A stretch of DNA of 64,000 bases from Moniliella sp. 'wahieum' (Eukaryota): contig RSEE01000023.1 in the NCBI GenBank assembly GCA_003971905.1, positions 248,001-312,000 of the forward strand, given 5' to 3'. Of the stretch, positions 57,775-64,000 are shown in pieces; positions within the stretch are counted from its first letter, which is position 1; every line of letters starts with the position of its first letter. The notes beneath the pieces were generated by a model. It searched no databases and was not told the origin of the DNA. It worked only from the letters and a program-made list of their open reading frames with translations. Both the position numbers and the translations under genes were made by a program.

Positions 57775-59410
57775 CTACAATTCATTCCCGCCAGCCAGCG
57801 GTTAATCATAGCCTGGGCTTGAGCAGGCTTGTCATAAGGCACCATGTGGCCTGCTTGGAAGACGGTGGCCCAAGTCAGACCGTCCAAAGCACGTGTCTCG
57901 CCCGCTGGAGTGCCATCCACCAGCCACGGACGGAGTGGGAGAGCTGTGAACGCATCAGTGGAGGACCAGATCATTTGGTCCACCGCCGCTCGGTGGCCCA
58001 CACCGTTGCACTGGAAGTCCAAGTCGCCATTGTAGATCAGGGCCTTGACGCCGTGTTCGAGGAGAAGGGCGACATGGGGTTTGTTGTCGTGCGCCCCGTC
58101 CTGAGCGGCGGCAAAGAGGGTACCAACATGGTTGCTGCAGGCCTGGAAGGGCCCAAGAGTTTCAATAGGCTCCGCGCCCACCAGGGCCCGAACATCTGCC
58201 CGGTCCAGGTAGGTGCGAATGTCGGCTGTGACGCTGTAACAGAGATTGGGACTGATGCCGGCGCGGCATGGGTCGGAGATATCGTAGGGATTGACTCCAG
58301 TGGCGTACACTGGTCCAGCCAACTCGGCACTGCACACTGCTAGGGCATCGTGGCACTTGTCCGGGTTGAAGGCGTCGCGGCAATGTTCGCCCAGGGAGAG
58401 TGCGCAAGAGGCTGCATAACCCTTCATTCGCCTGCATTGGTCAATACCGACGATCGGCTTGCCAAGACCATTGTGCCGGGTGCAGGCAAACTCGTAAATC
58501 TTTGGCACCTGCACCGAGCGGTCGGTGATGCCGTTTCCAATCACGATGGATTTGAGGGGGATCAGGTCCTTGGGATCGACAGGTTTGTCTTTGCGCCAGG
58601 CATCTGTCTCATAGGCCAAGTTGCGATCCACGATCTCGGCGGCAAATTGGTACGTAGCGGCCCGCATACGACTCGCCTGCGAGATGGAAGCCCTCGTTGG
58701 TGGCGGCGGTGTGGAAGTCAGGGAACGCAGCAAAGAAGATCCGGAGAAAGTGGTAGAGGTCTGTGGCTCCGGCTTCCGTGGTACCCACCTCGACGCCGTA
58801 GCGGGTGTAAGAGTAGCCCACGCCCACAGGTTGATCGATAAAGATGGTGTTGGCCCTTTCGTTCCACGAGTAGGGGTTGTACTCGGTCGCATTGATGGCG
58901 GGCCGTCACGAAGAACCGACTCGGCAGTCACGCGGCACGGTCCTAGCTCCATGAACAAGCCTAGCTGAGAGCTGCACCCAGGGCCGCCATTGGTCCAGAG
59001 CAGTACGGGGTCGTGATGCGGGCTGTGGCGCGACTCGAAAAAGTAAAAGAAGAGCGACTTGCCATCGCGTGTATCAATGTAGCCACTCCAGCTTGTCACA
59101 CCAGGGTCACAGAAGGCCTCGTCGGGGAGGAGCTGTTGGGGCGTGGATGCGCTTGATGCGCACACTGGTGCCAGGGAAGGCGGTGTGGGTGAGGACGGCG
59201 TGGGTGTGGGTGAGGGCGTTGGCAGCAACAATCTGGTCCTGGACGCTGCGTGCATCGGCGGGGGCGACGGGAGAGCCGAGCTCGATATGGACGGGGGGGA
59301 GGCTGGAGGGGGGGCAGCAGCGGGCGCGAGAGGTGGGGGCCGAGGGGCGTCTGGAGCGCAACAGCGCCCACCGCAGCGACCAGAAGCGCAACGCACGTCC
59401 CAACACGCAT
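57775..59410 (-). CDS. Serine carboxypeptidase S10 (carboxypeptidase Y-like) with signal peptide; frameshifted in the assembly
   Basis: MRVGTCVALLVAAVGAVA, WSGYID, LFFYFFESR, LWTNGGPGCSS, GESYAGRYVP (catalytic Ser), IYNGDLDFQCN (Asp) and FQAGHMVPYDKP (His). Confidence 0.95.
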
Positions 59411-61546
59411 GGGGCTGAGCGGCTGTGGGGCGAAGCGAGCCTGCTAGTCGATAGGCGCTGGGCTGGGCAAAAGAAGCACCGCAGCGCGCTTTGAGCCTCG
59501 CCGCTCCATTTCCATCGCTTCTCCACGTGGTCCGAGCACCGGAGATACCCGGCTGGCATGCAGTTTCCAACCGGAGACGCGCATTATTAGTCACCGTCAC
59601 GAATCACACAGTATTCACCAGTAAATTCATCACTACGCCCCTATAGCCCCTCGCGGACGCTGGAACTAACCTCACCTTCCTCTCCCCCAACGCAAGCGGC
59701 ACAGTAAACGCCCGAGCAGCGCCGCAGGACAAATGGGCGTGAACCGCCTGCATCGCAACCTCCTACCTCCCTTTGAATCTCCCATGAAATCCCTGGGTTC
59801 AAGGAGGCATATTTGCCCCGATCAACATCGACGTTGGCAGCGCAAGGCCTATACTCTTCACCGCGAACGTGTGGGCGCAAGGCTCCATTAACTTGGGAGA
59901 TGATTGCATCGAGTAAGGTCAGACTAACATACACACACATGAAGGCACCTCTCGCTATACGGCGCGACTGCACATGACGTTAGGTTTCAGCAGGGAACAG
60001 AAAACGAACATCATTCCCAACAGCTTCTTACCATGTTTTGCGAGCATCTCTCCTCTCTGGACGAGGCGTCAGATGTGTCAGAGCTGATGGAGAACTTTTA
60101 GTATCTTCATGGACACGGAGATCGACTGGCTGGTCCCGCCAAACTGCGCTACTGAGCAGTTGAGTAGGTGGGCGATCGGATGAACGATGGGGCAGTGGTC
60201 TTCCTCCCTTTTGTCAAGTCATCTAGTCATGTGCCCCCAGGAAAGCCCTCATCGGGGCCAACCTGCTTTAGGCTGTTTTTCCAAACCAGATTGAGCATGC
60301 TGTTAAGGGCATCATGAGTCCTTGGCAGCACTGGAAGTGAGTCTGTGCAAGTTTGACTGCACAGCATGTGCGTTGCGTCTTTCTTTTGTTGTTGCGTATG
60401 TGGGTTCGATCGATGATTCATCTGACCTACTCCGCAGGTGTGGAGGGAGGCCTAACAACAGGCGTGGCGGGGCGGAATTACCCACATGCCCTGGGATAGC
60501 AAGCGTTGCCCTCTCGGCAGTCCTCGCGATTTACCGAGTGGTTGTGATTTATTAATCCGTTCCACGAACCCCGCTCGAGATCTCTGCCGGTAGTGTCTGC
60601 TACAAAATGTTGTGAATACTCCACAAGTTGAGGGCCGGGAGAGGGCGCGAGAGGGGGAGGGGTTCGGAGCTAAACAGACGTGGGAGCTTGAAAAAAGGTT
60701 TTGTAACATGCCGACGCAAGACTTAATAAGCTGCCTATTCTTCGCTATACTGCACGTCATCTCTTCTACTATCCGCGTCCGAGCCTGCAACTAGCGGGGC
60801 GATGAGGCTGGGGCAGGCCACAGGGAAGGCCCCTGGCAGACCCATTGAGTTGCTTGAGGGGCTTTAGTAGGCGGTCAATATCCGGCGCGGTAACCTAATT
60901 GTCACTCTGATGGGTGCAGGCGACCGAGCTGCTAGACGGATCCGCAGCAGCGACGACCACACTGAGTACGAGCAGGGGGACCAGGGGTAGCAGACTGCAA
61001 GCGCCATACACTTGCTGTCGGTCGGTTGGCTGAGGGCGGGGACATTAGGCCTTTTTATAGGTGTTTTTAGGCGATAGGCCTACGAACTTTGCATCGTCCC
61101 GTCGATCGCCTATGAAGATGAGGGAGTGCTGCGTGTGCGTCAGTAGTACTACTCTCCTCGGCCTCCGCGATGATCAGGTGCACCAGGCCTGCGGCTGAGG
61201 CTTATCGAGAGGGGATACGTATGCGCTTGCGCTTGCGCAGTGCGCTTTAAGCGAGCTCGATCGATAGTTTCTCTTATACAGGCGATCCCAGCCCACACAC
61301 TCGCCCTGTGCCCCAGCGATCGACGCTGTCAGCCGGGGCCGACAGGAGCGGAGACTGGCGCTGCGCTGCCCCGCCCGAAGCCCGTGCCCTGTCGCACTGC
61401 CCCCACTGGCAAAAACCCACATCACCCGCTGGTTCTGCCCCTCCTCCGTCTCCCTCCTCTCCTGCTCTCCGCCTCCTGTGGCCCCCTCTCCCTTCTCTTG
61501 GCGCCCCCCCACCCCACCCCCCCCTACCTGCCCCCTCCCCTCCTCC

Positions 61547-63824
61547 ATGCCGCCTTTCGCGCGGCCGCGCCAGGCATCCGACCAGGACAGCCGCAGCGCC
61601 AGCCGTGCAAGTAAGGCCTCTTCCCGCGCCTCGTCCCGCAGTACCAAGTCTGTCGCCCACGCCTCCTCCCGCTCGGTCGCCTCTGCTTCTCGCGCCTCCT
61701 CGCGGTCGGTCGCCTCCGCTTCTCGCGCGTCCTCGCGCTCCCAAGCATCCGTCTCCCGCACTGCAAGCACCAGCAGCCCCGCCACCACTTCCATCTCGCC
61801 TTCGGCCTCGGCTTCTACCAACACAGCCTCAACATCAGTCTCGGCCTCAGCCTCGTCTTCTACTCCGGCCTCAGCCTCGACTTCTACTCCGGCTTCAGTC
61901 TCGACTTCTACTCCGGCTTCAGTCTCGACTTCTACCCCGGCCACGTCCCAAACAGCATCTTCATCACCCAGCACAACGACAACACCAGCAACAGCTCCAA
62001 CCTCCACACCATCACCTTCCTCCTCCTCTAACACCGGTCCATTATCCAACACACTGACCAGCACAGCTCTCAGTTCCTCTCCACTCCGATCTTCGCTCAG
62101 CTCCTCCCCTTCCTATGCTAGCAGCAGTTCCAGTGCCAGCAGCAGTGCGTTTCCTGTACCCACCGGGGCCCACCACCGAGGCTTATCCGGCGGGCAGATT
62201 GCCGGTATTGTGGTGGGAAGTGTGTTTGGTGCGATCCTCCTCCTCCTCCTCTTCGGATTTGCAATCTGGTTTCTCCGCCGACGAACCAAAGCGCAATCGA
62301 AGTACAACAACACGGAGGTGCCTACCTCGAGGTCCGCAGAGGCCGTTTCGCCTAGCACAGCGGCGCAGCCCCCGCCACCACCCCGGGAGCCAGAGCAGCC
62401 CCGATAATTATCCCATCCCACTCGACCAATGCTATCGATGACACCACCCAATCACCTTTGTCCCCCCATTCCGTCGAGACGCCATCGAGCAAGAATCATG
62501 CAGTTTCTTCCTCGGTCCGCCCTGAAGTTGCGGTTGGGCAGTACGGCGAACATCGAAACGCAAGGCAGTCACCCCACTTTCCTCAGAAGAAAGCTCACGC
62601 GCCTTCTCCCGCTGGACGACTGTCGTGGCTTTCCCCCATTCTCCCCGGCCCCTGGGGCACCACTAGAGATGAAAGCCACCCCACCACGACGTCCTCCCCT
62701 CAATCGTTTCCCGTGCAGTCTCCTCCTTCAGCCGCACCACAGGAAACTCATGACCCTTCACAAGCGGTCCCTCTGGCTCCCCTCGAATGGAGACGAGCCA
62801 GTCAGAAGGCTCCCTTACCGAGCAGGGCGTGTACCTCCCTGCTTCCGACGGAGTCCTGCGCAGAGCAACGGTGGCACGAGGAGAAAGTGGCGGGTCACAT
62901 GCCGAACCGATTCCGCAGAGGAGGGAAGGGCGCACATCTGTGTCGGATGATGCCTTATTGGCCCCCACCTCAGCGCTCGGCAGGCTGGCTGCCTCACCCG
63001 TCGAACTCCGACCAGGAATGCAGCAGCCCGTGACCACCGACTTGGACCGTAGTTCCGGGGGGAGCAACGTTCCCCTGGGTCCAGAAGCGGCTCCTGCACG
63101 CAAATCGGCCTATTCCTTTCTTTCGGAAGGGACTAATCTTCTCGGGCCCGGCGCAGATGCCCCTTCTTCTGGATCGGGGAGCAATGAGGACAACACCGAT
63201 GTTTCGGGGCATGCATCGCAAGAATCGCACGCCCCGGCACCCACCCGGGGCCATCTCATTCTGCTCACGATGTGATGTATTCTCGTGAGGATGAAGAGCC
63301 GCGACCCGATATCAGTACACAAGGAGGGGGAGCGCGAGAGGAGCCCTTGACCGTAGGGATGGTTTCGGTGCCTTCGGGATGGGGCTCTAAAGAGAGAAGG
63401 GAGAGCGAGACAACGGCAAGTACGGTGGTGACCCAATCCTACTACCCAAGTGGAGTGGCAAGCACAGCAGCCACATCTCCTTCCCCTCCTGGGTCGCGGC
63501 GACAGAGCCACCTCCTCCGCCCCATCTTGCCCAAGACGAAGAGAAGAGCCCGAACGTCAACCCACCTCTCTCGTTACCCCGAGCCCAGACCAGGGCACCG
63601 ATCAGCGGCGGTTCACATTTGGTCCGCCGGATTCACCGAGTGAGATGCGAGCCAGGTTTGTCAGCGCTGGGGAGGTGCCCATGGGACAGACCCAAGCGCC
63701 CACCTCTTCTGCCCCGAGAAGCGGGGACACCCCCACCACGCCCCTCTCCCCTCTCGGCTCTTCAGACGGAGCCGAGCCGAGTGGGCAGACGAGCGAGCAA
63801 GACTCCCACCCTTCCTCCCACTAG
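61547..63824 (+). CDS. Ser/Thr-rich single-pass membrane protein (Mid2/Wsc-like architecture) with a long disordered cytoplasmic tail
   Basis: About 200 aa of Ser/Thr/Ala-rich repeats (SRASSRSVASA, ASVSTSTP), then GLSGGQIAGIVVGSVFGAILLLLLFGFAIWFLRRR. The tail spans several frameshifted ORFs to 63824. Start and signal peptide are unclear. Confidence 0.7.
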
Positions 63825-64000
63825 GGGCACCGCGGTTGAAATGGCCCCTCTCCTCTTCCCTCCTGCCCCTGCCCCTCTTCCCTGCTTCATCCTCTATAAC
63901 CCTGTGTAAACTCCAGGACCAGAATGTCTGTTACCCTCCGTTTTCCTGTGGGTTTTACCACCACTTTGGCTGTCTTTGGCCCGTCCTGTGTCCGTTATGG

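Overview
A 64 kb GC-rich fungal window, most likely basidiomycete and probably Ustilaginomycotina-like (inferred from few short GT-AG introns with CTRAC branch points and from gene content). The assembly is noisy: essential genes such as Ras, EMC3, MIC10 and cyclophilin carry several small frameshifting indels, so gene models were stitched across frames and their ends are approximate. It holds about 17 protein genes: DUF676-like hydrolase, RIB3, CoA-transferase III/racemase with PTS1, GMC oxidoreductase, cyclophilin, a GNAT + Mss4-like fusion, a Pho85-type cyclin, YND1, RAS1, EMC3, MIC10, an Mpr1-like GNAT, a neurofibromin/Ira RasGAP, a divergent Arl1, a SAM protein, an S10 carboxypeptidase and a Ser/Thr-rich membrane protein. 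There are also two intron-containing tRNAs (Asn-GTT, Leu-AAG) and solo LTRs of two clear families plus a possible third, with readable 5-bp target-site duplications. The most unusual signal is non-coding: about 50 copies (counted by eye) of TNA-[4-bp palindrome]-TNA, using at least 12 different cores. They form 7-bp-period arrays, foldbacks and nested opposite-orientation brackets, densest at 29-34 kb. One copy is a clean +7 bp difference inside a solo LTR relative to its sibling, which suggests a process that writes these motifs into DNA.
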